DNA from: Nemertoderma westbladi
Lineage: Eukaryota; Animalia; Xenacoelomorpha
NCBI GenBank assembly: GCA_032718475.1
Contig: JAUCBJ010001928.1
Span: forward strand, 7,266-71,265
Length of the DNA: 64,000 nt
Direction of reading: 5' to 3'
Part shown: positions 63,001 through 64,000 of the stretch, one piece after another
Layout of the letters: the number at the start of each line of letters is the position of its first letter
How positions within the stretch are numbered: the first letter of the stretch is position 1
Program-made: the position numbers and the translations under genes
The notes under the pieces: generated by a model
What the model saw: only the letters and a program-made list of their open reading frames with translations
Database searches by the model: none
Told to the model about the DNA's origin: nothing

Positions 63001-64000
63001 ATTTATTTTTCAATACTGACAATTCTATTAGCATGGTAGCTTCCAGTGAATGCCATGCATTACAAAGCATCAATCACCTTTACCAACAGGAAGTAATGAA
63101 ATGAGCTATACGACTTATATAACTGTCTACTGTCCTATTCTAGGACAGGACTATTATTCGATAAAAAAAAAGTAAGTGGAAAACACAGCTTTTTTCACTC
63201 ATTTTCAATTTAGCGAAATTAAACTATTCGTCCGTAAACTATCTGTATGTGTATGTAAGCCTTCCACCAGGTCCGCTACAGCTAACAGTCATTCTGTAGG
63301 ATCTGAGGATGAGACAGGTCTACCCACTATCACTAATTTCATTATTCAGATTGTACTGTTGTACTGTACAGTACTAGGCAAAACCGTCTTACCATGTACA
63401 AGTACCAGTACCGGTACTGTAGAGATGGAGGATTGTGAGCTAGCTATACATACAGTTAACTAAAATTAGTTAAGAAATGATTTAACACTGGTTAAGAAAA
63501 ATGGTGAAAAAAGGTTAATTTACTCAATTTTTAAATATTAGTAAGAAAAAGAGCCCTTTTCAAATAAAACATGTCTCACAAAACCACTCAACACAGTTAT
63601 CAAAATGAAATAGGTTTATTTGATAATAAAATAATTTATGTTGCCTTAGTGGGGTGTAGCCGGATATGTGGTGTTGCTTGCCTGAGTTGTTGTAGAAGGA
63701 AGATGAATGGCCTTGAGACTTTAATCACTAAAATCACTCTTACTTGTTGTGCTATAGTAATAAGATCCGTTTTAGACAAGTACTAATGTAGTGAATGGAT
63801 ATCACATGATGCATGGTAAATGTGAACTCGCAGGATTGGCTGTAAGGAAGGAGGATATCTGGTTAATATTAAAATAGCTAAACCTGATCAGGAACATTGA
63901 TCCAGACGTCTACTAATATGCCAAGGTGCCTAACTAAGTATGGCATAGATGTATAGGACAAACTAAAACCCTTTGGTTTGTTCTTTAGTGAATCCATTTG

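Noticed and set aside
61000-64000. Short ORFs and coding-like patches
   Set aside because: No consistent frame, splice chain or recognisable motif.

Overview
AT-rich, transposon-dense eukaryotic (animal-like) DNA. The main feature is a 19,014-bp BEL/Pao LTR retrotransposon (5968-24981, minus strand). It has 1260-bp near-identical TG...CA LTRs and a GATGG target-site duplication, and sits inside an RTE-type LINE. Downstream of pol, where env would lie, it carries a 4.2-kb cargo of three overlapping ORFs: a coiled-coil/Cys-His protein, a DEDDy-type (WRN/EXD/mut-7-like) 3'-5' exonuclease domain, and a tandem CCHC zinc-knuckle protein with a basic tail. It also lacks a canonical tRNA primer-binding site. 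Host genes are an intronless SLC32/VIAAT-like transporter and two tandem globin X-like exon2+exon3 units whose first exons I could not find. Other elements include a PIF/Harbinger transposon with nested LINEs, an intact CR1-type LINE, a pogo remnant, and several MITE/foldback and tandem repeats. All family assignments come from motif recognition by eye; no searches were run.
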